Shown in pieces: positions 9,876-20,600 of a DNA stretch of 64,000 bases. The translations under genes were made by a program, and so were the position numbers. The first letter of the stretch is position 1; the number at the start of each line of letters is the position of its first letter. This stretch comes from Candidatus Zhuqueibacterota bacterium (GTDB taxonomy: Bacteria > Zhuqueibacterota > Zhuqueibacteria > Thermofontimicrobiales > Thermofontimicrobiaceae): assembly GCA_049322915.1 (NCBI GenBank), contig JBMOPW010000014.1:890774-954773 (forward strand), read 5' to 3'. Below the pieces are notes generated by a model. The model ran no database searches and was not told the DNA's origin. It saw nothing but the letters and a program-made list of their open reading frames with translations.

Positions 9876-10940
9876 TTGAGAAAACGTTTACATCATGTAA
9901 ATGCCACGATCAAAGATGTTGCCAAAGCTGCTGCGGTGTCCACGGCGACTGTTTCGCGGGTGTATAACAAGCCGGAATCAGTCAACGAAGAAACCCGGCG
10001 TAAAGTCCTGAGTGCAGCTCAGGCGTTGAATTATTCTCCCCAAATTGCTGCCCGCGCTCTCAGTCTGCAACGCATGAATATCATCGGTGTTATCCTCCCT
10101 GAATTAGGCGGAGAATTTTTCTCGGAATTAATTCGCAGCATTGACCTCGTCGCTGCCCAGCACAACTACCACATCATCATTTCCACATCCCACAGTCATC
10201 GCAATGAAGTCGAACTCCTGCTAAGTTTAATGGGTCAGGGGCTGGTCGACGGTCTGATTTTAATGGTGCCGGTTCTAGGACGAATCAGATCCGAGTCATT
10301 TCCCAATGTGAATATTCCCATCATTTTGCTGAATCTCCCGAATGAAGGGGACAAGTACATTCAGATCAATGTGGATAATGTTCGCGGAGCTTATCTTGTG
10401 ACCAAACATTTAGTCGATCATGGGTATCCATCCATTGCCATGATTCGGGGGCCGAGAGGCAATTTCGATGCGGACATGCGGGAGAAAGGTTTTCTCAAGG
10501 CGCTGCGTGAAAATAATATAAGCGAAAAAAGCGATGGCCAAAGCTATTTGGAGCGCGGCGATTTTACGCAACGCTCCGGCTATCTGGCCATGATCCGTCT
10601 GCTCAGCATGCCGAACCGGCCGCGCGCCGTGTTTGCCGCCAACGACGAAATGGCTGTGGGCGCGTTTGAAGCCGCAGGGCAGTATGGCATCTCGGTTCCG
10701 GATCAGGTTGCGATAGTCGGGTTTGATGACATCAGCATCAGTTCCATCATTCATCCCGGACTGACTACTGTGCATCTGCCTGTCAATGATCTTGGTGTGA
10801 CCGCCGCTGAAAAAGTGATCGCTGCAATCGAGAATGATGAACAGACGGTTAACTCTCCTGAAAATATAGTATTGCCTACCAGCATTGTCATTCGTGAATC
10901 ATGTGGATGTATTAATCATAATCGCTATCATTCATTTTAA
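9876..10940 (+). CDS. LacI-family transcriptional regulator
   Basis: HTH TIKDVAKAAAVSTATVSRV; periplasmic-binding-fold motifs AVFAANDEMAVG, VPDQVAIVGFDD, LTTV and IRESCG. TTG start. Confidence 0.95.
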   Translation: MRKRLHHVNATIKDVAKAAAVSTATVSRVYNKPESVNEETRRKVLSAAQALNYSPQIAARALSLQRMNIIGVILPELGGEFFSELIRSIDLVAAQHNYHIIISTSHSHRNEVELLLSLMGQGLVDGLILMVPVLGRIRSESFPNVNIPIILLNLPNEGDKYIQINVDNVRGAYLVTKHLVDHGYPSIAMIRGPRGNFDADMREKGFLKALRENNISEKSDGQSYLERGDFTQRSGYLAMIRLLSMPNRPRAVFAANDEMAVGAFEAAGQYGISVPDQVAIVGFDDISISSIIHPGLTTVHLPVNDLGVTAAEKVIAAIENDEQTVNSPENIVLPTSIVIRESCGCINHNRYHSF

Positions 10941-11169
10941 CTGAGTGCAGGCCATTGGAAATCCGGTGGTCCTGTCCCGGATATGTACGTTGCACCGAGT
11001 CATTCATTTTCTAAACTCATACAATGTGAATTGAAAACAAGAATCATCAGAACAACGAAACCATTTCATTGAAAGGAGGAGATCCAAGGGAAAAACTAAA
11101 CTGATAACGATCTAATTTGTCATGTGTTGTAGTCAAACAAAAAACAAGCAGGGAAAGGAGAAACATTCC

Positions 11170-14100
11170 ATGAAAACAAAGTTAAGTATCGTGGTGATGT
11201 GTTTAACCATGGTGATAGCGGTTTTGGCGCATGGTCAAGCACTCGAACGACCCAACGTAATCTGGGCGAGAACGACGAGCGAGACGATTACACTGGATGG
11301 TTTATTGACAGAAGCGTCGTGGAGCAACGCCGAGGCGGTGCGCATTCAACATGGACAGACCTCGACATTGATACCTGGCAGCGGCTGGTATAATGAGGCA
11401 GGCGTAGCGCCGAGCGATCCGACGGATGCGACATTGAAATTTTTGGTATCCGGGAACAATTTATATGTCGCGGCGCAAGTGAAGGATGCGTCAGTCGGCG
11501 GTGGATTGTTCAACAAGTTTGACGGTTTTTTGATGAACCTTCGTGATCATTCAGGCGCGGGACGTCCGGCCGGGTCGTTTGAGTATTTTTACGGCTGGGT
11601 GACAGAGACCTGGGCTGACACGACGCTGGATGAAGTAGGCGCGTTGCCGGGATTTTTTGGCTGGGCGTCTGGCGATCGTCTGGTATGGGACGCCGTGACA
11701 GTCGTCGATGGCGTGAGCAATGATGATGCAACGCCGGATGGCGGATACACCGTGGAATTGATGTTCAATCTGGATCCGCGGGGTTACGATGTGACAGCCA
11801 GCGACGGCGACATTGTGGAGTTCAACATTTCGATTTACGATGCGGACTGGCAGTGGCCATTGGATATGGAAAAATTCAGTGGCAACCGCACCTGGTGGGG
11901 CGGCCCGTGGGGCAATGCCTCGGCGTATGATGTGATACGGATATACGCGAAACCGAGTGTGACAGTGGCATCAGGCGCAGTTCCAGTAGTTGGCCCTGAG
12001 ATCGTGGTTCCCAATGGCGTCAATCATGCGGATCCGGTGATTGATGGCGTGCTGGATGAGACCGTGTGGAGCAAAATTGAAGGTCTGGATATTCGGTACG
12101 GCGATGATGATCTTCGGGCGTCGTATCCGGGCATCGGCCCGTGGCGCAGCGGCCAGTATCAGCCGGCGATCAATAGTGTGACCGCGGCAGTGGTTGATCC
12201 GGGCGATGCGACCGTGAAATGGTTTTTCAAAGGCGACATGCTGTATCTGGGCGTGGATGTACGCGACCAGGCCGTGTGGGGCTTGAACAATTTCGATCAA
12301 TGGGATGGCATACGGTTCATCATCAACGATCGTGCGGAGTTGAGTGAAGCTGAGCACAATTTGATTAGCCAGCAACTGACAGTTCGCATGGATTCGCTGG
12401 GACAGATGATTGCCGGAGACTATCTGGCGATGTTGATCGATTCGTTGCAGGGCGGCCAGGCGGCGCTGAAACTGAAAGGCGCTTCGACAGCCAATGACTT
12501 CAACGACATCGATGAAGGCTACAGCATCGAAATCGCAGTGGATCTGAAGAAACTGGGTTACCCGACCGGCCGCGGCGATGGTGTTTTGTTTATCAGCGCG
12601 ACCCTGTTCGATGGCGATTCGTTTGCTAATCCGGCCGATGATTACGGCACGCGCACCTGGTGGATGCGCGAAAGCACATGGCCGGCAGGCCCGGCATTGG
12701 CGTACATGGATCCGGCGGAAGTGATTGAAAATGGCCATGAAGCAACCGAGTTGGAGCGACCCAACGTAATCTGGGCGAGAACGACGAGCGAGACGATTAC
12801 ATTGGATGGTTTATTGACAGAAGCGTCGTGGAGCAACGCCGAGGCGGTGCGCATTCAACATGGACAGACCTCGACATTGATACCTGGCAGCGGCTGGTAT
12901 AATGAGGCAGGCGTAGCGCCGAGCGATCCGACGGATGCGACATTGAAATTTTTGGTATCCGGGAACAATTTATATGTCGCGGCGCAAGTGAAGGATGCGT
13001 CAGTCGGCGGTGGATTGTTCAACAAGTTTGACGGTTTTTTGATGAACCTTCGTGATCATTCAGGCGCGGGACGTCCGGCCGGGTCGTTTGAGTATTTTTA
13101 CGGCTGGGTGACAGAGACCTGGGCTGACACGACGCTGGATGAAGTAGGCGCGTTGCCGGGATTTTTTGGCTGGGCGTCTGGCGATCGTCTGGTATGGGAC
13201 GCCGTGACAGTCGTCGATGGCGTGAGCAATGATGATGCAACGCCGGATGGCGGATACACCGTGGAATTGATGTTCAATCTGGATCCGCGGGGTTACGATG
13301 TGACAGCCAGCGACGGCGACATTGTGGAGTTCAACATTTCGATTTACGATGCGGACTGGCAGTGGCCATTGGATATGGAAAAATTCAGTGGCAACCGCAC
13401 CTGGTGGGGCGGCCCGTGGGGCAATGCCTCGGCGTATGATGTGATACGGATATACGCGAAACCGAGTGTGACAGTGGCATCAGGCGCAGTTCCAGTAGTT
13501 GGCCCTGAGATCGTGGTTCCCAATGGCGTCAATCATGCGGATCCGGTGATTGATGGCGTGCTGGATGAGACCGTGTGGAGCAAAATTGAAGGTCTGGATA
13601 TTCGGTACGGCGATGATGATCTTCGGGCGTCGTATCCGGGCATCGGCCCGTGGCGCAGCGGCCAGTATCAGCCGGCGATCAATAGTGTGACCGCGGCAGT
13701 GGTTGATCCGGGCGATGCGACCGTGAAATGGTTTTTCAAAGGCGACATGCTGTATCTGGGCGTGGATGTACGCGACCAGGCCGTGTGGGGCTTGAACAAT
13801 TTCGATCAATGGGATGGCATACGGTTCATCATCAACGATCGTGCGGAGTTGAGTGAAGCTGAGCACAATTTGATTAGCCAGCAACTGACAGTTCGCATGG
13901 ATTCGCTGGGACAGATGATTGCCGGAGACTATCTGGCGATGTTGATCGATTCGTTGCAGGGCGGCCAGGCGGCGCTGAAACTGAAAGGCGCTTCGACAGC
14001 CAATGACTTCAACGACATCGATGAAGGCTACAGCATCGAAATCGCAGTGGATCTGAAGAAACTGGGTTACCCGGTTGGCCGCGGCGATGGTGTCTTGTTG

Positions 14101-14562
14101 ATCAGCGCGACCCTGTTCGATGGCGATTCGTTTGCCAACCCGGCCGATGATTACGGTACCCGCACCTGGTGGATGCGCGAGAGCACCTGGCCTGCAGCGC
14201 CGGCCTGGGCGTTCATGGATCCGGAAGTCATCATCCCCGGCGGAGCGAGCCAAATCGATAAAGAGAATGGTCAACTGCCGACGGAATTCGAGATCGTCAG
14301 CAACTATCCCAATCCATTCAACCCGAGCACAACGATTGTCTACTCGTTGCCGGCAGAGGGTTCCGTGGTATTGAAGGTTTACAATGTTCTCGGCCGCGCT
14401 GTTGCAGTGCAGCAATTAGGTTTGCAGCAGGCTGGAACGAAATCCATACTCTTCGATGCCCGGAATCTTGGCTCTGGCGTTTATTTTTATCAGCTTCAGT
14501 ATCAATCGAAAGCCCGAGGCACGATGGTCACTTCGGCGCATAAGATGCTAATTCTCAAGTAA
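11170..14562 (+). CDS. Secreted protein with four CBM9/DOMON-like modules (two tandem 503-aa units) and a C-terminal T9SS-type/FlgD-like sorting domain
   Basis: Signal peptide. ITLDGLLTEASW and PVIDGVLDETVW module starts, LYVAAQVKD and GYTVELMF are typical of CBM9-like folds. C-terminal NYPNPFNPST..SGVYFY..KMLILK. Confidence 0.75.
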   Translation: MKTKLSIVVMCLTMVIAVLAHGQALERPNVIWARTTSETITLDGLLTEASWSNAEAVRIQHGQTSTLIPGSGWYNEAGVAPSDPTDATLKFLVSGNNLYVAAQVKDASVGGGLFNKFDGFLMNLRDHSGAGRPAGSFEYFYGWVTETWADTTLDEVGALPGFFGWASGDRLVWDAVTVVDGVSNDDATPDGGYTVELMFNLDPRGYDVTASDGDIVEFNISIYDADWQWPLDMEKFSGNRTWWGGPWGNASAYDVIRIYAKPSVTVASGAVPVVGPEIVVPNGVNHADPVIDGVLDETVWSKIEGLDIRYGDDDLRASYPGIGPWRSGQYQPAINSVTAAVVDPGDATVKWFFKGDMLYLGVDVRDQAVWGLNNFDQWDGIRFIINDRAELSEAEHNLISQQLTVRMDSLGQMIAGDYLAMLIDSLQGGQAALKLKGASTANDFNDIDEGYSIEIAVDLKKLGYPTGRGDGVLFISATLFDGDSFANPADDYGTRTWWMRESTWPAGPALAYMDPAEVIENGHEATELERPNVIWARTTSETITLDGLLTEASWSNAEAVRIQHGQTSTLIPGSGWYNEAGVAPSDPTDATLKFLVSGNNLYVAAQVKDASVGGGLFNKFDGFLMNLRDHSGAGRPAGSFEYFYGWVTETWADTTLDEVGALPGFFGWASGDRLVWDAVTVVDGVSNDDATPDGGYTVELMFNLDPRGYDVTASDGDIVEFNISIYDADWQWPLDMEKFSGNRTWWGGPWGNASAYDVIRIYAKPSVTVASGAVPVVGPEIVVPNGVNHADPVIDGVLDETVWSKIEGLDIRYGDDDLRASYPGIGPWRSGQYQPAINSVTAAVVDPGDATVKWFFKGDMLYLGVDVRDQAVWGLNNFDQWDGIRFIINDRAELSEAEHNLISQQLTVRMDSLGQMIAGDYLAMLIDSLQGGQAALKLKGASTANDFNDIDEGYSIEIAVDLKKLGYPVGRGDGVLLISATLFDGDSFANPADDYGTRTWWMRESTWPAAPAWAFMDPEVIIPGGASQIDKENGQLPTEFEIVSNYPNPFNPSTTIVYSLPAEGSVVLKVYNVLGRAVAVQQLGLQQAGTKSILFDARNLGSGVYFYQLQYQSKARGTMVTSAHKMLILK
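11248..14224 (+). repeat. Intragenic direct duplication, 1509-bp period (11248-12715 and 12757-14224)
   Basis: The translations are identical over ~440 aa and the antisense ORFs are offset by exactly 1509. Only the last ~150 bp of each unit diverge. Confidence 0.95.
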
Positions 14563-14576
14563 GACAGGCAATTTCC

Positions 14577-14620
14577 TCTTTCTCCCCTGGATGCAGAAAC
14601 CAGGGGAGAAAGGGTTTTTC
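14577..14620 (+). terminator. Stem-loop / probable intrinsic terminator or mRNA stabiliser
   Basis: CTTTCTCCCCTGG-ATGCAGAAA-CCAGGGGAGAAAG followed by GGTTTTT. Confidence 0.65.
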
Positions 14621-14646
14621 TCCACTGTCCAAATAAGAGGTCAGAT

Positions 14647-17310
14647 ATGGTGATGAAACAAATTAAAACGCATGTATTCTGCTCGTGGCTGGCGCTGATT
14701 TTTTTAGTCGTGTTTTTGGCAAGTCCCGGTCAAAACGGATTTGCAGGCACGACCGGAAAATTGTCCGGTCGAATTGTTGACAGTCAAAATGAAGCGCTTC
14801 CCGGTGCGAACATTATGCTTCAGGGAACGTCGATGGGTGCTGCTGCTGATATGGAAGGATATTATCATATCATTAATATCCCGCCAGGCAATTATGACGT
14901 GCAATTTTCATTTATGGGCTATAAAACCAAAGTATTTAAAGATGTGCTTGTGACCGTTGATCATACGACGAATCTGGACGCTGTCCTGGATGAAAGCACG
15001 ATCGAGGGAGAGACAGTAACAATCACTGCCGAGCGACCTGTGGTGGAATTGAATTACACCAGTTCCCTGTCCACGGTGACCAGCAAAGAGATCGAAGCGA
15101 TGCCGGTGCGCGAGTTGAAGGATATTATCGATTTGCAGGCGGGCGTGGTCGACGGCCATTTTCGCGGCGGTCGTATCGGCGAAGTTCAGTATCTGGTAAA
15201 TGGAGTGTCAATCAATAACAGCTACGATAACAGTTCCACACTGGAGCTTGACCGTTCGCTCCTGCAGGAAGTGCAGGTCATCAGCGGCACATTTGACGCG
15301 GAATACGGCCAGGCCATGAGCGGTGTGGTGAATGTGGTTTTGAAATCCGGCTCAGATGAGTTTTCATGGGTGGGCGAGACGTTCATCAGCGATTTCATGT
15401 ACACCAGCGGCGATCGCCGCAATGCCCCGGATACATTCAAACCTCTGTCAATTCAAAATTATGTTTTCAGCCTCAGCGGTCCGACTTTCTTGCCGCAGAC
15501 CTATTTCTTCCTGAACGGCCGGCGTTATATTGATAATGGCTATGTCTACGGTGAGCGCCGCTTCCTGCCGACCGACCGGGCCAATTTTGAACAGAAAATT
15601 TTCATGCCGACCGGCGACGGGGAAGAGATACCCCTCGAATTTTCCGATGACATTTCAGGTCTGGCGAAGATTACCAATCGTTCGATTAAAAATATTCAGT
15701 TGGAATATCAGGCAATCTGTAACATCAATGATGGCAAATATTATGATTTCAGTTACCGCCTCAACCCGGACGGGATGCGAAATCATCGGACACTGTCCGT
15801 CGTTCACGGCCTGGACATGAGCCATTCGCTGTCTCCCAGCACTTATTATACCGTGAATCTCCGCCAGAATTATTTCAATTATTGGGACTATGTTTACGAA
15901 GATGTCTACGATGCCCGATACGATGCCGCCGGTCCTACCCTGAGCGACACGGATTATGAACTGGGCGCCATTGTGCAGGGTGTCGATTTTGGACGTTTCA
16001 AACAATTTACAAATACATTCATTGCCAAGAGCGCCCTGACCAGTCAGGTGAGCCGCAGCCACCTGGTTAAAGTGGGAGTTGAGTTGCAGACATCCCAGGT
16101 GAAGTTTGGCGTTCCCGGGTATGTCGTGAGCGCGGGCGGCACGCTCATCACGCGACATATCAATGAACCACCCGATTTTCCAGACCTTTCGGTCTACTAC
16201 CCGGTCTCTCTGGTTGGCTATGCCCAGGATCAATTGGAGTGGCGCGATTTTATCGTTCGCGCCGGCGCCCGAATGGAATATTTCGACGCCCGTTCAACCA
16301 TCCCGAGCGATTTGCAGAATCCGGCCAATGCCATTTCCGGCGCTCCGGAATCAAACCCCCAGCGGACGACCAAAAAAATCTCTGTGGCCCCGCGCGTGGG
16401 CGTGTCCTATCCCATGACGACCAATTCCGCGCTGTACTTTGCCTACGGCCATTTCTACCAGATGCCCGGGCTGGGTCGCATTTTCACGAATTCCGATTAC
16501 AGCGTGCTCGACGAATTACAGGCCGGCGGTATCAGCTACGGCGTGATGGGCAACCCGGACATCAAGCCGGAACGCACCGTGCAATACGAGTTTGGTTACA
16601 AACAGGCAATCACTGAATTTTTGGGTCTGGACTTCAGCATCTTTTATAAAGACATCCGCGATCTGTTAGGCGTTGAATTTGTGTCCACGTACGCGGCGGC
16701 GGATTACGCCCGTCTCACCAATGTGGATTTTGGCAATGTGCTCGGATTCACGCTGGCCCTGGATCAGCGGCGGATCGGCCTGGTGAGCACCATGCTGGAT
16801 TACACCTGGCAGGACGCCATGGGCAATTCCAGCGATCCTTCGGAGACCGCAACCCGCGCGGCTGCCGGCGAAGATCCCCGACCCCGGCGCGTACCCCTGG
16901 CCTGGGATCAGCGGCATACATTGAATGCCACGGTGTTGCTGGAAGTCCCCAATAATTTTTCCATCAGCACGATTGCCCGCTACGGAAGTGGCCAGCCCTA
17001 TACACCCTCCATCACGGCCGGATTCGGCGGTGGATTGGAGTCTAACTCCGGACGCAAGACAGACTTCTTCCGGGTCGATTTACGGGCTGAAAAATATTTC
17101 AAAATTGCAGGTTTAAATTTAAGTCTGTTCACCCGCGTGTTGAACCTGTTCGATACGCGGTCGGTGAATGGCTTTGTGTTCAGCGATACCGGCAGTCCGG
17201 ATTATTCATTGAATCCAATTGGACAGCGCACTACATTGGCGAACCCGGGTCGATATTATCCGCCGCGACGAATCGAAGTGGGGATTCGTCTCGGATCGAG
17301 TAATAATTAA
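14647..17310 (+). CDS. TonB-dependent receptor with N-terminal carboxypeptidase-regulatory-like domain
   Basis: GTTGKLSGRIVD..LPGANI N-domain; plug HFRGGR..YLVNGV and ISGTFDAEYGQAMSGVVN; barrel PRVGVSYP, GNPDIKPERTVQYEFG and WDQRHTLN. Confidence 0.9.
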   Translation: MVMKQIKTHVFCSWLALIFLVVFLASPGQNGFAGTTGKLSGRIVDSQNEALPGANIMLQGTSMGAAADMEGYYHIINIPPGNYDVQFSFMGYKTKVFKDVLVTVDHTTNLDAVLDESTIEGETVTITAERPVVELNYTSSLSTVTSKEIEAMPVRELKDIIDLQAGVVDGHFRGGRIGEVQYLVNGVSINNSYDNSSTLELDRSLLQEVQVISGTFDAEYGQAMSGVVNVVLKSGSDEFSWVGETFISDFMYTSGDRRNAPDTFKPLSIQNYVFSLSGPTFLPQTYFFLNGRRYIDNGYVYGERRFLPTDRANFEQKIFMPTGDGEEIPLEFSDDISGLAKITNRSIKNIQLEYQAICNINDGKYYDFSYRLNPDGMRNHRTLSVVHGLDMSHSLSPSTYYTVNLRQNYFNYWDYVYEDVYDARYDAAGPTLSDTDYELGAIVQGVDFGRFKQFTNTFIAKSALTSQVSRSHLVKVGVELQTSQVKFGVPGYVVSAGGTLITRHINEPPDFPDLSVYYPVSLVGYAQDQLEWRDFIVRAGARMEYFDARSTIPSDLQNPANAISGAPESNPQRTTKKISVAPRVGVSYPMTTNSALYFAYGHFYQMPGLGRIFTNSDYSVLDELQAGGISYGVMGNPDIKPERTVQYEFGYKQAITEFLGLDFSIFYKDIRDLLGVEFVSTYAAADYARLTNVDFGNVLGFTLALDQRRIGLVSTMLDYTWQDAMGNSSDPSETATRAAAGEDPRPRRVPLAWDQRHTLNATVLLEVPNNFSISTIARYGSGQPYTPSITAGFGGGLESNSGRKTDFFRVDLRAEKYFKIAGLNLSLFTRVLNLFDTRSVNGFVFSDTGSPDYSLNPIGQRTTLANPGRYYPPRRIEVGIRLGSSNN

Positions 17311-17328
17311 GCGACGGAGAATGAGGCT

Positions 17329-20300
17329 ATGAGTCGTTACATGCATAAAGTACTACCAATCTTATGGTTGCTCTGGCCAGTAATTGGCCTGGCGCAATTG
17401 CAGCCAGTCGTCCCCCAGGACCAGCGGGGCCGCGTGGATGCAGAGCGCGCTGGCTACCACGACGCAGCAAATATTCGTACGGTCTTTTATAATTATGGCA
17501 TGGTCGGCGATTACCCATCCGACCCCGGCGGCGTTGACCTCAGTGTATTTCACTCGATGGAGGTGCCAAAAGGCAGTGGCTTGAACTACGCCGACGGGAC
17601 CACGCCCTTTGTGCTGGCAAAAGTGAAAGACACCAGCGGCAGAGATGTTTATATCATGGAAACAGGGTATCGCGAACGCCAGGCCACCAGCCCGTACAAC
17701 AATCGCGTGATGCGATTCGAACCCCGGCCCGGCTATTTTCAGGTGGACCCCGGCATCAATCAGGGACGGTCGCCGGCGATCAGCAATGATCCCAGAACCT
17801 GGCCAGGTATCTGGCCGGATCGGCTCGACGAAGCGGACGATCCAGGCTGGCCGGGAAGCTGGAGCGGCTATTTCGGCAAACGACCCAATGCGGATCAGGA
17901 AAGCTTCACGGTGATGGACGATGATTTCTACGACGCCTGGGATTATTACGCTGATTCACGGGATTCAACCCGACGCGGTTTGGGATTGCGCATCGAGGTG
18001 CGGGGGTTCCAGTGGTCAAATCCGCAATCGACCAATGTTATTTTCTGGCATTACGATATCACCAACGAAAGCACAACCGATTATGAAGACAACATCATTT
18101 TCGGAATGTACATGGATTCAGGCGTTGGCGGCTCGGCGCTGTCCTGCGATGGCGTGTACGAGTCCGACGACGACAATGCCTATTTCGACAAATCGTTCGG
18201 CCTGAACCTGGTGTACACCTGGGATAAATTGGGACATGGCGTGGCCTTGGGCGATAATTGCGGGGAGACAGGTTATTTGGGCTATGCGTACCTGGAAACG
18301 CCGGGCAACCAATTCAACGGGCAGGACGATGACAATGACGGCATCATTGATGAAAGTCGCGAAGATGTTGTGGGTGACTCGCTCACCGACCAGAACGCGA
18401 TACTGAATTATGTGAACACAAATTATAACGTCGCTTTGTTTGAAGAAGCGCTTGGATCGATTGCCAGCCGGCCGGCGTATCGTGCGGCCCGATGGTTTAC
18501 CGGCGATGAAGATATGGATTGGGTGGCAGATTTACACGATACCGGCGCTGATGGCGTTTTTGGGACAAATGACACAGGTGAAGGCGACGGCATTCCCACG
18601 AACGGAGAGCCAAGTTTTGGAAAGACCGATCTGAATGAATCGGACCAGATTGGGTTGACCGGATTTAAGATGAACCGCATCCGCGCCGGGCAGGGAAATC
18701 CGAGCGAAGAGACCGACGCCATCGTATTTTTCGATGATGGAAAAGGATGGCCGGAACGGCTCTTCAATTTCTTCACCGATGAAATCCCGGACGAACGTTT
18801 CGATCAAGCCCTGGTGTTGAACTACAATATCGGCTTTTTATTCGCTTCCGGACCATTCAAACTGAAAGCCGGCAAATCAGAGCGGTTCAGTCTGGCGCTG
18901 GTATTTGGCTCGGATCTGGTGGAATTGCGGGCAACGACCAAGACCGTCCAGCAAATTTACAATGCCAATTATCAATTCGCTGTGCCGCCGACTCAGCCGA
19001 TTGTCACAGCCGAAACCGGTGATGGATGGGTGCAACTCTCCTGGAATGATCTGGCCGAACGCGGCATTGATCCTGTCTCGCTGGAAGCGGATTTCGAAGG
19101 CTATCGGATTTACCGCTCCACGGACCCTGAATTTCGCGATCCGAAAGTGATCAGCAATGGGCGCGGCACCGGCCCGCTCGGCGAAGGTCGACCCATTGCG
19201 CAATTCGATTTGATAAACGACTACATAGGATTTTCCAAACAGGTCGTCGAGGGAGTCGCCTATTACCTGGGCGAAAATAATGGATTGACCCATTCCTGGA
19301 TCGATACAACGGTTACCAACGGGCAGAATTACTATTACGCGGTCACTGCCTACGATCACGGATCAGACTCGCTCGATTTCTATCCCTCAGAAAATTCGAT
19401 CGCGGTTTCGCGCACCCCGCGCGGCGGCACTATTTTGCCGACCCATGTGGTGCAGGTGCGGCCTGAGCCAAAAACGCTCGGATTCGTCCGCGCCGAGGCC
19501 AGCGATGGAGTTCAAATCAAAGGAAAAGGCGTTGCCACTGTCAACATTGAGGTCGTCAATTCTGACCTGGTCCCGGACGATCATATCTTCCTGCTCAAAT
19601 TCAAGGTGCCATCTTCGGATAGTGTCCGCGCCGCATTTTATGATCTCATCGATAGCACAACCCATGAAGAAGTGATCTCCGACGGATACGATCTGGATGG
19701 CAAGGGCATCGGTCAGGTCGGGCTCGGATTGCTGCCGGTCATTACCACGCCGAAAACCATAGAAATCGACACGACCCGAACAGGGTTCACCGCGACCAGT
19801 CTCACCAATATCAAGCTGAAAGCGTCGTATCAGACCCAGCTTCCGATTAACCGTCGTCGTCCCGGATTTCCGCATGATCTGAAGCTCACGTTTGCCAATA
19901 CGCCATTGGATACATCGCTCGCAGCCATCGGGATGCCGGCGAAAACGGCCTATTTCCGCGTGGACGCCATGACCGATAGCGGCGCGTATCAACTCCCGTT
20001 TCAATTCCGCGATTTGAATAATGACAAATTGCTCAGCGCTGCCGGGGAATTCATCAAAGTCGTCACCTATGTGCCTGAAAAAGGGACCCAGCCGCAAATC
20101 ACCTGGCTCGTCGAAGTGGATACCACAGGTCAGTCGGCGTTGGGCGAGATCATTCTCCCGGCTGAAAATGACGTGTACAATCTGCATCTCAATTACCCCC
20201 TTGGGAATGATGATGTTTTTATGTTCACCACGACCGGGCAGTTTGTTGATTCCAAAAAAGCTGCGCAGGAATTCAAAGACGATCCGTATGTTGTGCCCAA

Positions 20301-20586
20301 TCCGTATGTGGGCTCGGCCAGCTTTGAGGAGGAACGGTTTGCAATTTCAGGACGCGGCGAACGGCGGATTGAGTTCCGTAGTTTGCCTGGAAAATGCACA
20401 ATTCGCATCTTTACGGTTCGCGGCGAACTGGTGGAGACGCTGTTCCACGATGGTTCGTTGAACGGTTATATCCCCTGGGATTTGCGAACCAAGGATAACC
20501 TGGATGTTGCACCCGGACTCTATATTTTCCACGTCGATGCAGGCGCTTTAGGAACCAAAATTGGTAAATTTGCCATTATTAAATAA
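17329..20586 (+). CDS. Large secreted conserved hypothetical protein with acidic Ca-binding-like loops, an FN3-like segment and a variant T9SS-type C-terminal domain
   Basis: Signal peptide; DDDNDGIIDE and DTGADGVFGTNDTGEGDG; FEGYRIYRS..NGQNYYYAVTAYD; C-terminal VVPNPY..TIRIFTVRGELV..WDLRT..PGLYIFHV..GKFAIIK. Confidence 0.75.
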   Translation: MSRYMHKVLPILWLLWPVIGLAQLQPVVPQDQRGRVDAERAGYHDAANIRTVFYNYGMVGDYPSDPGGVDLSVFHSMEVPKGSGLNYADGTTPFVLAKVKDTSGRDVYIMETGYRERQATSPYNNRVMRFEPRPGYFQVDPGINQGRSPAISNDPRTWPGIWPDRLDEADDPGWPGSWSGYFGKRPNADQESFTVMDDDFYDAWDYYADSRDSTRRGLGLRIEVRGFQWSNPQSTNVIFWHYDITNESTTDYEDNIIFGMYMDSGVGGSALSCDGVYESDDDNAYFDKSFGLNLVYTWDKLGHGVALGDNCGETGYLGYAYLETPGNQFNGQDDDNDGIIDESREDVVGDSLTDQNAILNYVNTNYNVALFEEALGSIASRPAYRAARWFTGDEDMDWVADLHDTGADGVFGTNDTGEGDGIPTNGEPSFGKTDLNESDQIGLTGFKMNRIRAGQGNPSEETDAIVFFDDGKGWPERLFNFFTDEIPDERFDQALVLNYNIGFLFASGPFKLKAGKSERFSLALVFGSDLVELRATTKTVQQIYNANYQFAVPPTQPIVTAETGDGWVQLSWNDLAERGIDPVSLEADFEGYRIYRSTDPEFRDPKVISNGRGTGPLGEGRPIAQFDLINDYIGFSKQVVEGVAYYLGENNGLTHSWIDTTVTNGQNYYYAVTAYDHGSDSLDFYPSENSIAVSRTPRGGTILPTHVVQVRPEPKTLGFVRAEASDGVQIKGKGVATVNIEVVNSDLVPDDHIFLLKFKVPSSDSVRAAFYDLIDSTTHEEVISDGYDLDGKGIGQVGLGLLPVITTPKTIEIDTTRTGFTATSLTNIKLKASYQTQLPINRRRPGFPHDLKLTFANTPLDTSLAAIGMPAKTAYFRVDAMTDSGAYQLPFQFRDLNNDKLLSAAGEFIKVVTYVPEKGTQPQITWLVEVDTTGQSALGEIILPAENDVYNLHLNYPLGNDDVFMFTTTGQFVDSKKAAQEFKDDPYVVPNPYVGSASFEEERFAISGRGERRIEFRSLPGKCTIRIFTVRGELVETLFHDGSLNGYIPWDLRTKDNLDVAPGLYIFHVDAGALGTKIGKFAIIK

Positions 20587-20600
20587 GAGGCAGGTGAGTC

